Of a DNA stretch of 64,000 nt, positions 23,167 through 37,169 are shown in pieces. The notes beneath the pieces were generated by a model. That model was not told the origin of the DNA. It did no database searches and was given only the letters and a program-made list of their open reading frames with translations. The DNA is taken from contig NC_091469.1 in the NCBI RefSeq assembly GCF_036971445.1, positions 340,690,001-340,754,000 on the forward strand, written 5' to 3'. The position numbers and the translations under genes are program-made. The DNA comes from Narcine bancroftii. Lineage: Eukaryota. Numbering within the stretch: the stretch's first letter is position 1; each line of letters opens with the position of its first letter.

Positions 23167-25264
23167 CTCCAGCAAAACAAGTGAGTGAATGGGATGAATA
23201 GGATGATGAAGTTAGAATATTAGTGCCAAAGTTGGAATGACCACATTTAAAGTTCAAGGAGTAGAATAAGGGAGGAATGGAGGGAGACAAGTACAGAAGG
23301 AAAATAGTCGCAATTCTTTTATGAATTCTGTGTTTTCTGATTTCACCTTCATTTGCAATCACTAATCGCATCCCTACATCATTGGTGACTCCCTCTTAAA
23401 CCATTTTCACTCCATAACTCCCTCTCAAAATCTTTCCATCTTTTTACTCTTTTTTTCATTCAAGGCATTTTTCAAAAAATAAATCAACAAATGGCAATTC
23501 TGCCAATATCTACTTCCTTGACTGCTTCCAAATTTTACACCTACACATCTCTGAGATAGTTTGTAAGGTTAAGATTTCTTCATATAAGCAAGTAGAGTTT
23601 TTTTTCCAATACAGAACATCAAATTAAAAAAAAAAGTCAGTTTGTTCTTAGTAAAGTTTGACTGGCAAAACCCAAAACTGCCTCCAATTAATGTGTCAGT
23701 TCAGGGGGTATTGTGGGATGGATAATACATGCTGGCTTCGCTGCTAACATTCTCATTCTATGAGTGCACACAGTAAGTCTGTGGTCAAGTCTGAAGAGCT
23801 TTGAAGATATATTGGCCATGAGCAACACAACGTACTAAGAAGAGTAACTTCAGTCTCCCATTAGCTCTGTTACAGTTACGCAGAGGATGATATTTTGAGT
23901 CATTGAAAGATTATCTCAAGTTGTTTATCAATCAATTGACAAATTAATTCACAATAAAATGGTTTTTTAATTTATTATCAACACTGTGATCACATTTGCA
24001 AACTTGTGTATTTTTTCTCACACCTGTTTTTTGTTTTGCCCCATCCTCAGAACTGCTTGGGGTAGAAGTTGACAGTTGTTGACTCATTCACTGGAATGCT
24101 ACACTTGATCTACCAATGGGGTGAAACTGAATTTAGGATTGTTCTTGTGTTCCTGACTAAAGTGGACCACATGATTGTAACTTGTGTATTTTACAAAGTT
24201 GACATTGCAATATGGTTGGTATGAGGCAGGGATGAATTATATTAAGATTGTGACAAGCTCCTGATGGAGCCAAAGCAGAAAGCATTACAGGTTGATAGTT
24301 CAGGGAGTGGTACTCTTGGTGACCTCCTACCTGGAAAACATGGAAATATCCATCAGAGTTGACCATTTCCTTCTTGACTCTTCTCTGCACTGCAGTACAT
24401 TAAAGCCAACATTCATGCCAAGGACTTCAAAGGATGGGCAAGAAAAATGCACAGTAAATTTGCAAATGTGCTAATAGCGCGGATTATAAATTCAAAAACC
24501 ATTTTACTGTGAATTCATTTGTCAGTTAAATGATAAACAACTTGAGATAATGTTTTAATGACTCAAGCTATTATTCTCTGAGTAACTGTAACAGAGATAT
24601 TGGAAGACTGAAGTTACTCTTCTCAGTCCCTTGTGTTGCCCAATATCTCCTCAAAGCTCTTTAGACTTGACCATGGGTTCACTGCGTGTATTCATAGAAT
24701 GAGAATGTTTCCAGCATCTACTATCCATTCCACAGCATCCCCTGAACTAATGTATTCATTGGAGGCAGTTTTGGGTTTTGCCATTCAAAATTTACAAAGA
24801 ACAAACTGACTTTTTTGAGTTTAATGTTCTGTTTTTGGGTGAGGTGGGGTGGGGGGGGGGGTGATCAACTTGCTCATGTGAAGAAAGTGTTTGAGAGATG
24901 TAAAGTTTGGAAGCAGTCAAGGAAGTAGATATTGGCAGAATTGCCATTTGTTGGAGAAGAGGTAAGTTTGAAGAAATGCCTTGAATGGAAAGACTGAGTG
25001 GAAAGATTTTGAGAGGGAGTTCTGGAGTGAAAATAGTTTGGGGGAGTCCCCAATGGTGGAGGGATTTGATTGGTGGTTGCTAAAGAAGATGAAAACTGAG
25101 AATTCATAAAAGAATTGCCACTGTTTTCCTTCTGTACTTGTCCCCCTACAATCCTCCCTTATTCTACTCCTTGAACTTTATTTGTGGTCATTCCAACGTT
25201 TGGCATCAATATTCTAACTTCGTCAAGTCCCAGACATCCCATTCACTCACTTGTTTTGCTGGAG
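23167..25264. repeat. Long inverted repeat (arms ~23167-24075 and ~24400-25264)
   Basis: ctccagcaaaacaagtgagtgaatgggatg at 23167 is the exact reverse complement of 25235-25264. Collinear inverted similarity continues inward to ttgccccatcct / aggatgggcaa. Confidence 0.92.
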
Positions 25265-26049
25265 CATGTATGTGATTATTATACACTTTGTGAAGAAATG
25301 TATTATGTGCACCATGGTCCGGAGAAACACTATTATCTGGTTGAATTTGTACAGTCAGATGATACTAAATGAACTTGAACTTCAGGTCTTGTGAGCACTC
25401 CTATGTTGAACCACTTTCCTTCAGCTTCTTTAACCCCACTCTCTCTTCCTCCCTGATGCACCATCAATTACCACAAAAGACTCAGGTTGTGAATCTGATG
25501 GGCTTTTATTGACTCTAAACTGGAGCAACAACCAACCTCAGGAAGGAAGAGTGGGAGCATGCAAAGGGGTAATGGATAGGATCAGTCTCTGGAGGCGTGT
25601 CGAGCTGGCAGAAGCCAATCACAGTATAATATTGGTTAACCACACTCCCTTTCATTCTTGCAGTCATTTGACTCAGTACCTCACAATGCATGCCAGCATC
25701 TAATACACAAATGTGCTGCAGAAACTCAGCAGGTCTCGCAACATCCAAAGGGCTTGAGACCAAGCCGAGATTACAGACTGGGAGCAGTGGGAGAGGCCTA
25801 CCCTGAAGAAGTTCTTCTCCTCTCGTGTGGAAGCTGCGTGACTTGCTGAGTTTCTCCAGCATGTTTGGGTATTGCACTCAACCCCAGTATCTGCAGACTT
25901 TATTGTTTTTGATCATTTCCTATGAAGCACCCTTGGATATTTTACAAATATAGGCATGAAATAATAATGTTAGTTTCATTTTGGCATCTGTGCTGCTTAG
26001 CCTAGCCTGAACACTTAACAGTGCTGCTGCTTTACTGCTATCTGTTGAG

Positions 26050-26530
26050 TTGTTTTTTTGTCAAATTTTATTTATTAATCAAAATAAGAATACAAGTAAA
26101 TACATAATATTTTTTATCCCATCTAATCCCCCACCCCTCCCAAGCCCCCTCTAAACTACCCAAAAAGAAAGAAAAAAGAGTAGAAGAGGACAACAACTTG
26201 CATAACAACCTTCAAATATTGTCATAGTTTAGTGAAACCCCAACGACCGTGGGGGAAAAAATACTATTACAAATTCAAACCCATATATCTCATATGGGCT
26301 TCAAACTTTAACAAAGAAAGGATAATTATTAAGTAAATTGTGCATTATCTTTTCCAATGGAATATAAGGCCTCATTTCCAAATGCCACCATTGAATACTC
26401 AAATCAGTCTCATTTTTACAAGTAACTGCCAAACATTTTCTAGCCACAGCTAAGGCCAATCTCATAAAAGGCAATTCGAGACTTACCTAATTTTAATTCC
26501 AAACTTAATTTCTTAATATAACCCAATAAA
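26050..26530 (-). mobile_element. L1-clade LINE 3' end
   Basis: Minus-strand RLALAVARKCLAVTCK..WWHLEMRPYIPLEKIMH resembles an L1 ORF2 C-terminus, followed by AATAAA and an A-tail. Confidence 0.7.
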
Positions 26531-27384
26531 AATCATATGTTGAGTTTTAATTAATTTCTCCTTTCCTCAACAAAGCCAGTTTGGAATCTCTATTATGGTC
26601 ACTGGCTGAAGGAATATACATTTCTCCAGTATTGTATCATATCCTTCATAAATGTCTCCAAATACTTTACATTCAACAGCTTAGTCTGAACTAGTTGTTA
26701 TTGTGGGCAAAGTTCAGAGAGAAAATTGGCAGCCCTTTGTTCTGACACAAAATGTATGATCTGGAAAGAACTGGATGAATGAATGGCAAAAGCAGATTCA
26801 ATAAGACTATTCATGGCATGAGAGTTGCTGGATGGGGGAAAACCTTGGATGAATGAAACTTTCCGCGCTCTAGGTTTTAGACTGCAAACTTTTGGGCCTC
26901 CAGTTTATACAAGGTGGAAAATGAGAGCCCAGTCAGAGTGTGTGAAATCAGTAAGTGCAGCTGTTAATCCTAAATGGATTCACGGAGGATGAATATCACT
27001 GAAGCACGAGTGGCTTGTGCCCTCACAGCTGTATCCTAACATTTGTGAATGCCTTCATGAAAGGAGGGTGTACTGGAAGAAAGTAATGGGTAGAGGATTA
27101 TTGGAGAGAGGACTGAAGGTACTAAGAGATGCATTATTGGGACTTTGAAACATTGGAGTGGTTTTTGAATGGCCATGTTGTTGGGGGATAGGGGAAGTGG
27201 AGGAGGTTGCCTGAATAAAACAGTTGATCATTGAATCAACCTTGAGAAATGTTCTTTATCACCACCATCACCTCCCCTCATCATTCCCACACTAAACACC
27301 ACAAGGATGGTGGGTCGTGTACTTGCCTTGCCCTCAACCCATAGCTTGTAGTGTGGGCTCCAAAAAGAGCAAAATGGATTGGAT

Positions 27385-27720
27385 AAAAACACAAGTGCTA
27401 GAAGTGTCTCACAGCATAGCATCCATAGGAAGTGAAGATATACGTATAACCAACATTTTGGGCCTGAGCCCTTCTTCAAGGTGTGAGCAAAGCACGGGCA
27501 GGCATCTGAATTAAAAAGCTAGGGACGAGGGAAGAATGGGAGAGGGAGGAATGCAGACCAACAGAAAAAAAAGGTGTTAATTAGAATGGATGGGACACAA
27601 GAAAAGGGATAGGTGAAAATTAAATGATTGCTTTTGATTCTGTAGAAGCAGAGCTGGAGGAACAGAGTAGAAAGAAAAGGGAAGAGAGAGTGAGACAGAA
27701 CTAGCGGATAGGAGACCTAG
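27385..27720 (-). mobile_element. Penelope-like tail fragment
   Basis: ataaccaacattttgggcctgagcccttcttcaaggtg matches the PLE tail consensus. Confidence 0.65.
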
Positions 27721-28704
27721 GGAAGGATTGCCAGCAGATCGCCCTAGTCATGCTTTGCACAGAGCAGCTGTTTGAATAAAGTTTGAATAAAGTTGTGTTT
27801 GAATAAAACGGCATCACCCAGGATGGTTGATGCTGCTCACTGTTGGGGCGACTCTTTTATTAAAGTGTCTCCTTATGCCTGCTCAGTAAGAGTAGCCCTG
27901 GTCAGACTCTTTATCTGTAAACTTGGGGAGGGGTTGTTAATTATCTATAATGTTACTGTTTTTTGAGGTGACTTCGTGGAGGGGGATGAACCCGCAGATG
28001 AAGTGACGATTAAATGTTTTCAAAGAATGTGACTGAAAATAAAGTAAAATACTTTAAGGTTTATATATTAATGCAAATGAAGTTTGTTCAGTGCAAGTAC
28101 AGTATAGTATATTTGTCTTTCATTTTCTAAACTGTTGATTCTTAATGCAGGTGTATTAATCAGGCTTTGTAAGAGTGATTCTCAACCAACTGGAAAATAT
28201 ACTTATCCGACATATACCAATCTCCACAGGTGCCGGATACCAGGGACTTTACTGTATCTAATTTCTGGTGATTTCCATATCCCTTGTCCATGTATAACCT
28301 TCTTAGCAGCATTTAATATAACATGGAATTTCAACAGATACAGTGTATCATCATCTGGCAGGTGTAAATGAAAAAAAATCAATGGTGGATAACCACAAAA
28401 TAATGTAGAATGGCAGGGACTGAAGGTAGGAGGAAAGCTGAGAGCGCAGCATTTACCCACTTCCATAGAAGTTGACAAGAGGCAAGATTTCAGGACCCAG
28501 CTTGGTTTGTTCATTTAAGCAAATGGTAGCTTATCAAAGAGTTCCACCATCATGGCTGAAAATGAGGAGAAAGCACTTCCCAGTTTGCATGATGGTTCCA
28601 GCAGGAATATTAGCCTGTGTGCGGTACCTTGGAAAAGACAGACATATGCCAAACCTTCAACTTTTTTACTGCTGAAGGTAGAAAATGCAATTACGTACAG
28701 TTTT

Positions 28705-28935
28705 AAATGTATACATTTTGACATGCAGCACAGTAAATAGGCCTTTCCTGCCCATGAACACGTGCTGTCAAAATACAAATTAACCTACAAATCCCGTGAA
28801 GAAATCCAAGCATCCAGAGGAAACCCATACAGACACAGGGAGAATGTACAAACTCCTTGCAGGCAGTGCCAGATTCGAATCCAGGCCACTGCTGCTGTAA
28901 TAGCGTTGCACTAACCGCCATAAACCGTGCTGCCC
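28705..28935 (-). mobile_element. HE1-like SINE
   Basis: acagacacagggagaatgtacaaactccttgcaggcagtgccagattcgaatcc, with B-box-like ggattcgaatc on minus. Confidence 0.75.
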
Positions 28936-31404
28936 ACTCACAACCTTTGCACTCACAAACAGCAATAATTTGCTCTTGTGATACTGAATTGTTTGTAGAT
29001 TAATATTAGTGGTAGATACAAGTGTTAACTTTTCATCGAGCTAATGTAATTACATCCACCTGAGGGGGCCTCTGCTTATCATCTCATCCAAAAGACAGCA
29101 TTTCCAACAGAGAGTGTTCTATCTACTTAACGTTGTTGGATTAGCCTGATGCTGCTTTTATCCTCAAAGATCCAGCATTGGACTTCAGCCATCTTCAGGA
29201 ATGTTGTAGCTCATCCTTTACAATTAGTGTCCATATTTGCAGCCTTTGCAGCTTTGATGAATAATCAGTTCATTGTAATACATGACCTGAGCTCAAAACT
29301 ACTCTTGAGAAGCTGCATTGACAGAGAAAGTGGAATGGGATTTCAAGGCTTCATCCATCTTCGGACACCTGCCCTCAACAACTAAATGCAAGTGTTGAGC
29401 CTCACCCCCAAGATCAGCATCTGTTGCCATTTCCCAGGATCTCAGGACACCAACACTTTGTCAACTCCTCAATCAACTCTCACCATGGTGCCAGAAGACC
29501 AGCTGTGTTAGGAGGATACAGCTGCCATCAGAAGCCTGGGGTTATGGTAACTTGCTGGATGAATGGCAGAACAATTAACCTCAAGACTTGGACTATAAAA
29601 ATAAGTTAAAACTATGTTTTGTTTTTGTGGCAGGTGGAAATTTAAATTTAACTAATTGAATAGATTTTAAAATATAATTCAAAAAGGGTAACTTTGAAAC
29701 TAGTGGTTGGTTGGAAAAATGTCTTCATTGACAAAGAAATCTGCTATCATATCACAGTTTGATGCTTCTGTGACTCCACGCTCATCAATGTGTTTTGACT
29801 TCTAGCTGCCCTTGAAAAAGGCTTGGCAAGGCAACTGGTTCAACTATGACATGGACATCCCTTAAATGAATAAATTGAGTAGGAACTTAAAAATAGAACA
29901 AAATCAATTGGTCCTATTTAAGCATTCCTGAAATGAAATTTAATATTTTCAAATCATTTACCAAGAAACTGTCTCATGACATCAGAGGATTTTATGAAGT
30001 TCTGTTCTTTGAAACATCTCCTCAACTTAATACATAACTCTTGTCAAAAATTTAAAAGATTTATTTTTGATATCAAGAAGCTATATTCAAATATAGGAGA
30101 GATGTTCTTAGAGATGCAGAGAAAGTTGAATGATGCATCGAAAAGAGGAAAAATTGACTTTTTAAATTCTCCTCCGACATAGACAGCAATTATCAGTTAT
30201 TAACAATAAAATTAATTCATTTCAGCAAACAAAACTTAGTAAAAACAGTAGATTTTATATAAATTAAATATGCATAGTTTTGAAAATAGAGACAAAATTG
30301 TTTCAATGTTTTCTTAACGTTCTTGGTTATGGTATTTGTTTTTGTACTATGTATAAGCAGTGAAACCAAAATAAAAGGTCAAGATGCACAGAGAAATTAC
30401 TGACTTTTAAGAGTAAGGTAGAAAAAACAAAATTAATGAAGAATGTTAAACAATGCTAAGCTTGGAGAAACTCACTTTTAGAGGAAAACAGACAAAATTG
30501 TTCTTCAGTTTTTGAGGCACTGAGGAAAAATGGGTTAATTAGTCAATGGCACAATTTACCTTTATTTCAGCACAAATAAACTAAGAATCAGATCAAAATT
30601 TATAATGTGCATTTGAGCTGATTGAGCTCCCCTGCCCTCTCAAATTCAGTGTGTTGCAACTTGCAAGTCAGGATTGAGCAGGACGTCAATGTGGCACCCT
30701 CACAGCTATTGGATTTACTATTAAAGCCCATAGTGGATCTGAATCATGCCAGGCTATGGGCCCAGATGCTTTCACCTTGGAATCCAGACAGGTACTTGAA
30801 TGATAGAATTAATGGAGATAGAATGAATGCAGGCAGGTGGGATTAGTATAGATAGACATGAGGGTCAGCAGAGAAAAGGTAAGTGAAATGACCTGTAGGG
30901 GTGAGCATCGTCTGCTTGTAGCTGCTGAGCTGGAGGTACTAGACTGGAGCTTCAAGGCAACTCAATGCATAGGAACAGCGAGAAATTGTTGGCAATCTGC
31001 AGAATTGCATCTAGTCCATATGTTATCTAGTTGCTTTTTACAAATGTCATCTTGCCGGAGGCGGGTGAGAACTCCAGGCACTCATCTGAAGTCTTCACCT
31101 TAAAATACATCTTCTGAACTCTTTGAAGGTCATATCTTATTTACACTGTGGCCTGATAATGACAGAAACATAGTGTTCTGAGTTAGATGAGGTGGTGGGT
31201 GGGGTGTAGGGCAGAGGGGAATGTGTTTCTGTCGGAAAACTTAGATTAAATCTATAGAAAATATTAATATGAGAATTATCCCCTCCCTCATTAAAATATT
31301 TAATCTGGCTGTCTGCAACCTGAACTGGTTTTGTCAAACATTGGAAGCCAACTGTGTTGTATATTTGACTTGAGGTTGAGGTTTAACACTTTTTTTGTTC
31401 AAGC

Positions 31405-31625
31405 AGATAGTAGTTAGCACCACACTATTACAATGCCAGTGACCTGGCTTTGAATCTGGCGCTGTTTGTCAGGAGCTTGAACATGCTCCCCATATCCATA
31501 TGGGTTTTCTCCACGTGCTCCGGTTTCCTCCAATATTCTAAATTCATACGAGGTTAGTAGGCTAGTTGGTCATGTGGATGTAATTGGGAAGCATGGGCCA
31601 AAAGGGTCTGTATCTCTAAATTAAA
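31405..31625 (+). mobile_element. HE1-like SINE
   Basis: gttagcaccacactattacaatgccagtgacctggctttgaatctggcgctgtttgtcaggagc. Confidence 0.65.
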
Positions 31626-34326
31626 TTCAAAATGTTGAACAATCACTCTTTGTCATAAAAATATAAATCCTACAATACTTCAGTACCTGTATTAATCAGT
31701 GGATTTTGTGTTGAATTAACAATCAGTTCAGTGAAGAGGTGCAGCTGCAGATACGTATGCATTTGCAATATAATGGGAATTATCTAGTTTTAATTTATTA
31801 AGATTGCATTTGTACATGAAGCCCATTTTGGAATACACACCGTCATTGCTATTGTGTCAATAAAAAAATGTTACCTGAATTTTAAATGGGATTTTTCAGG
31901 GGATTTCAGGAAATAACATTGAATTTGCTTCAAAATGCTTAATTTCTGAAAAGTTTTATGTTCATGGATTTTGTGGAGATGGAATTTTTAAAGACATTAA
32001 GATCTGAGAGTTAATTTACCCTATTATTTTAATTCAAGTGAGATCAGGAAATGGATTTTGCATGGTGTGATTTTCAAAGCTATTGATTTTAAGCCCCAAA
32101 GACCTTGACTGGATTGAGTCACATTGTGTGCTTCTGAACTTACCCAGCCTCATTGAGTGTGGGTGGTATGGCTACGCTGATGGTTGGTGGGGGTGGGGTG
32201 GGTGAGGGGGCTGTTATTGAGGGAGGGGAAGAGAGTGTGAAATGGCCCACCCAAGTCCTGGGGGTCATTGCTGACAATCCAGTTCTTAGAGCAGGGCAGA
32301 CACCTGCTTTCCTTGCCAAAACAAACCATCCTCTACCGTAGGCACACTTTAAGAGTTCACTTTTTCAGAAATGTGGCTCCAATTTCGCTTTAACCTTCTC
32401 AAATAACTGGTCACTGCATCAAGGCACATTATGTGCAAGAAAAAAAAATCTCATTATAAATTTGGAAAGCACCAACATGTATCCATGTATTGGTGCTAGA
32501 ATGTCATGGAGAAAAGTCATTTCAAGTTCTTCTCTGGTGGTCTTCCAAGAGGACCCGAAATGCTATTTGTTATCTTTAGAGCTGCTAAGTACATCTGGTT
32601 TTGATTTTGTTCATATAGTTTGTCTTCAGGATCAGCTTGAAGTTTCAAAGGGATTTTTTTTCATAAATTGAATTCTCCAGAATTTCAGACCCAGGATGGG
32701 AACCAAAAGAGGTTTGTGCTCGTTACACAAAACTGCCATTCAGAAATTGGCCTTTAGGTTCACAGCCCTGGCATAAATCAGTTTCACCTGTTTGGCAGCA
32801 GAAGTGCATATTAGAAGTAATAAAAAGCCATTAGCAGGATCAGATTTTGCCTGCGTGTTTTCTGATGTAAAATTAAATGAACCCCTCTTGACCCTGGCTG
32901 CCAAATTTCATTTTACTACTCTTGTAAACTGGTTATTGTGGCCCACCAAGTCTTAAGTAATTATGCTTAAAAATATATTTCAATCCCCTTCTTTCACATG
33001 CCTCTAGCTAGTGTAATATTTGTGAAATGTCTCATGGCTGTTATGTATAAATTTATATCTTGCATCAAAAAGTCTTTATCTATAATAACAAATTGTCATC
33101 AAATCTTGAAGTCCATAGAAACTCATTGATGGAAAATTCCTCAGAGTTTCCAGACTAGACTTCTTCTTAAAAAAAATACATTTAAGAAATAGTTCCCCAT
33201 TTCCCCATCACTGCTTTCTTTGGCTACACTTCGTCCCCATCCCTAGTGGGCAGAACTATTTGGGTTATTGGCTTCATAACAGCTGCCCTCAGTGATTTTC
33301 CGGGGGATGCTCTGCTGCCAACTTTTCACCCCCCGCCCCCTTTTCCAGATGTGCAGTTCCTGCAAGGTCTGTGGGCGAGCAACTATAAAACTGACCTCAA
33401 TGAAGTTGAGTTTTGAATCCTGACTGTTAGCAATGGACTTTATGGATCAATGGGTGACTTACACAGTTAAAGGTGCAAAATTTGGTGCAGATCAGAAAGA
33501 AACATGTTTTTCCATCAATTATTTTTCCGTCAACTTTTCAACATTGGATGAAAACTTGTTATTACGGAGCAAGATATAAATGTATACATTTCCAGCAATG
33601 AAGCTTATCATAAATATTGCAAGCTGCTATTTGTAACAGGATGTGGTATTGCTGACACGGCCAACATTTATTGACCATCCTTAATTGCCATTGGAAAAAT
33701 GGTAATCAACTGACACCTCAGACAGTTACTCCCATTGTGGGCAGGGAGCATATGGAGAGCGATATTCCTCAGTGGATGGAGGATAAAGTGTAGCCAAAGA
33801 AAGCAGAGATAGGGAATTGAGGAACTATTTCTCAAATTTATTTTGCTGAAGTCTAGCCTGCAACATTTTTTTGGGGGGGAAATTTCCATCATCGATTTTC
33901 TGTTGACCTACAGAGAAACAAGGAAGCACAGGGAATAAGAGTTGGAGTAGGCCATTCAGATCTCTGAACCTCTGCTTGGTCATCATTTTCCTTCAGGGAA
34001 ACATGCTATTATCCAGTGACGGTGAAAGAACTGCTATTCTATTTCCAAATCAGGTTGATGTAACTGCAGGTGAATCTGGGGGGGGGGAAGGGGGGGTGTG
34101 GTTGGAGGATTCAGAATGGTATTCCTATTCATCTGATTCTATTAAGTTACTTAGTGTTAGATGACATAGGTCTGCAAGGTACTGGAAAGCTGGTACATCT
34201 GCATTCATGCTGATCTCTGTTGGATGACTGTTCATCCAGTTGGTGCCACTTTTATATACAGCTCCAGACATTGGTGAAATAGTGAAATCTGCTCCGGTTC
34301 TTTCTCCAACCATTTGTCTATTTAAG

Positions 34327-34497
34327 CAGTGGCTCTCAACCTTTTTCTTTCCACTGACATACCACCTTAAGTAATCCCTTACTAACCATAGAGCATCTAT
34401 GACATCCTATGCAATAGGTGCTCTGTGATTAGTAAGGGTTTACTTAAGGTGCCATGTGAGTTGGGGGGGGGGGGGTGAAAATGGTTGAGAACCACTG
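34327..34497. mobile_element. hAT/Charlie-like foldback MITE
   Basis: TIRs cagtggctctcaacc / ggttgagaaccactg. The interior is almost fully palindromic. Confidence 0.8.
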
Positions 34498-36609
34498 ATC
34501 TAAAAGCATCTTATATTTGCCATCTTTGCCCACCACTGTTGAACAGGCTGCTCATAATCATTGTCAAGACTTGAGAATGGGAATTCAGACAAACCATTGG
34601 AATGTAGTGAGTAACCAGTTTTAAAATCTGCAGGAAGTGGAAGCTATAGGAAAAAGAGCAGAGAAAAAGAGGGAACGAGTAACCAAGAAAATATTAAAAT
34701 TTCATGACTTTGGGGCTGATTTAAATTTCTTTCTCCCTGTGAAACAGGAGTGAACTCAGTAGGAGAAGGAAGGAAGGTTTCTACCCTTCACAGATTCATG
34801 TGGGTAACTATGATATTCTTGATTCAGGTGGCAGGGTCCTTACTTGTGTTAAATGGAGTTCTGTATCATACAAGTGACCCTGATAATTTTAACAGCCTAT
34901 TTAACACCTTCTATCACTCTGTGGAATGGGTTGGTACAGAAGATGAAGCCCTTTGATTCAAGTGAAAACATTCTATAGGGATGAAGGAGGCCAGTGTTGC
35001 CCTGGCCTCTGCACCAGTAGTTGTTACATTACGGCTCAGGGGTATTGGTGTCCCCACACCTGATCATGATGCAGTCAGTCAGCACACTTTCGACCACCTG
35101 TAAGATTTGCCAGGGTTTCTGATGTCATACTAAACCTCTGCAAACTACTGAGGAAGTAGAGGCGCTGACGTGCTTTGTTCATGTTAGTGTGTTGAATCCA
35201 GGAAAGATCACCCGAGATAGTGACTCCCAAGAAATTCAATGTGTGTATATTCATCCCATAATCAGTCAAAGTTTATTTCCTTCACATGCCCCAGTTGTAG
35301 ACTACAATTGTCTAGACTCCCTCATCACCTGGTACAACCCTGCTCAAATAATATCGAGCGAGGTCAGTCACTGGAATGTTTAATAATGCTCCCACCCCTT
35401 CACAGCACCCAGCCAAAGCATTCACCCTGTCAGCATCCTGAAAACCCCAAACTTCCTCCCCCCTCCTCATACCTATCCCAGACTGAAGTGCCACAATCAG
35501 ATTACTGTGGCTGTTGTAGTTTAATAACTTCTGTTACATGGAGAATTGTTACAGTACGTGAACAAAAAAAGTAGAAGAGTGCTTTTCAGAACAAGGTCAC
35601 AGTAACACTGCGATTACAACAAAAACAAGACCACAGATGGATATCAGAGCCAAGCTTGAGGCGTTTAAGTATTTTTATTCCTCCGGTGACCTTAAATAAA
35701 TAATCACTTAACTATCTTCTGGAAATAATAGTAACTGTTTACACACGTGAAATTTTCTTTGCATTAGCACTGCGTGGCTATTTAATTAATACAGAATTGA
35801 ACTTGGAGTGCCTTTTTATTGTGCCATTTAGAAGACCACTGCTTGCTCCTGTGGGTGTAAAATTGTTATTTACTCAGAAATAAATGATTTAATAATTTAA
35901 ATTGAGCAAACACTGCATGACTCTCCATAGTATGTCGATAATCATCACTTACTGTATTGTTTCCAGTAAATTCAAACTATCTTTAAAAAAAAATCGACAA
36001 AAATATACAGGACATTGCAATGTTTTTATTTTCAGTAATTTCCAAACTGAGCATTGCATTGAATCTTCTCTGCACCTACACCAAAAGCATCAGATGTTTG
36101 TTAAAGTATGGTCTCCAAACCTGGACAGTTCAATTGTAGCCAAACCAATGTTTTATAAATGTTCATCATGACAACCTAGCCCTTGAATTCTGTGTTTTTA
36201 TTTAATAAAACAAAGATTCAGTTTCTTGACCTGCTTGGTGATGCCCAATGATACACGTCAGTATGGAGTCATGCTGTTTTACAGTATGGAAATAGGCACT
36301 TTGGCAAAACATGTCCATAATGTTGTCAACGTATGCTTACTTTTAGCCCATGCTCCTCTAAATATTTCTTGTCAATATATCTGTCTAAATATCTTTTAAA
36401 TGCAACAATGACTGTATACCCTCCTCTACCACTTCCTTTGGCTGCCTGTACCATAAACCCATTCCCCTCCTTGCAAAAGGGGGTCCTTTGGATCCCTTCT
36501 ATCTCACTTCAAATGTATGCCTCTAGTTGTAGATTCCAGTTCTCTGAGGAAAAAGTTAGAGAAACATTAAACATTAAACATTACTGACACATTGCATTAG
36601 CTAACCTGG

Positions 36610-37165
36610 CTTAAAAATGTTTTGTCCCTGATTTTCCTCCAATTTACAGGTGGTCTCGGTCTGGCAGTACATGAGACCATGGACAGGCATGTCGGCAAGG
36701 GAATGGGATGGAGAATGGAAATGGGCGGCCACTTCAATTCTCCATCCCATTCCCTTGCCGACATGTCTGTCCGTGGTCTCATGTACTGCCAGACTGAGAC
36801 CATGCATAAACTGGCGAAAAACACCTCGTCTTCTGTCTGGGCACCCTCTAAATGGATGGCATCAATATTGATTTCTCAGGCTTTAAAAAAAATCCATCCC
36901 CTTCTTCCCCGTCGTCTCTCCATTACCTGTCTCCTTTTGCACAGGCATGATAAATTCTATCTAGTCCCTTATCATATCCAATTAACACCTTTTGCTGGTC
37001 TGGATTCCTCTCCATTATCTGAATTCTGAGTCTGATATATCCTGCTTCTACATTTTCAGATTTTTCCTTGAAGAAGGTGTCAGGCCTGAAATGTCAGCAA
37101 TATATCTTTGTCTCCTATAGATACTGAAAAGATCAGCTGAGTTCCTCCAGAATTTCGGTATGTTA
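36610..37165 (+). mobile_element. Short Penelope-like insertion with inverted 5' duplication
   Basis: Palindrome 36651-36802 followed by the PLE tail (ccttgaagaaggtgtcaggcctgaaatgtc..gctgagttcctccag). Confidence 0.8.
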
Positions 37166-37169
37166 TGTC

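Noticed and set aside
27770-27810. (tttgaataaag)x3 and the cagtggaaaag repeats at 54.3-54.6 kb as CRISPR-like arrays
   Set aside because: Short tandem or subterminal MITE repeats in eukaryotic DNA, with no regular spacers and no cas genes.
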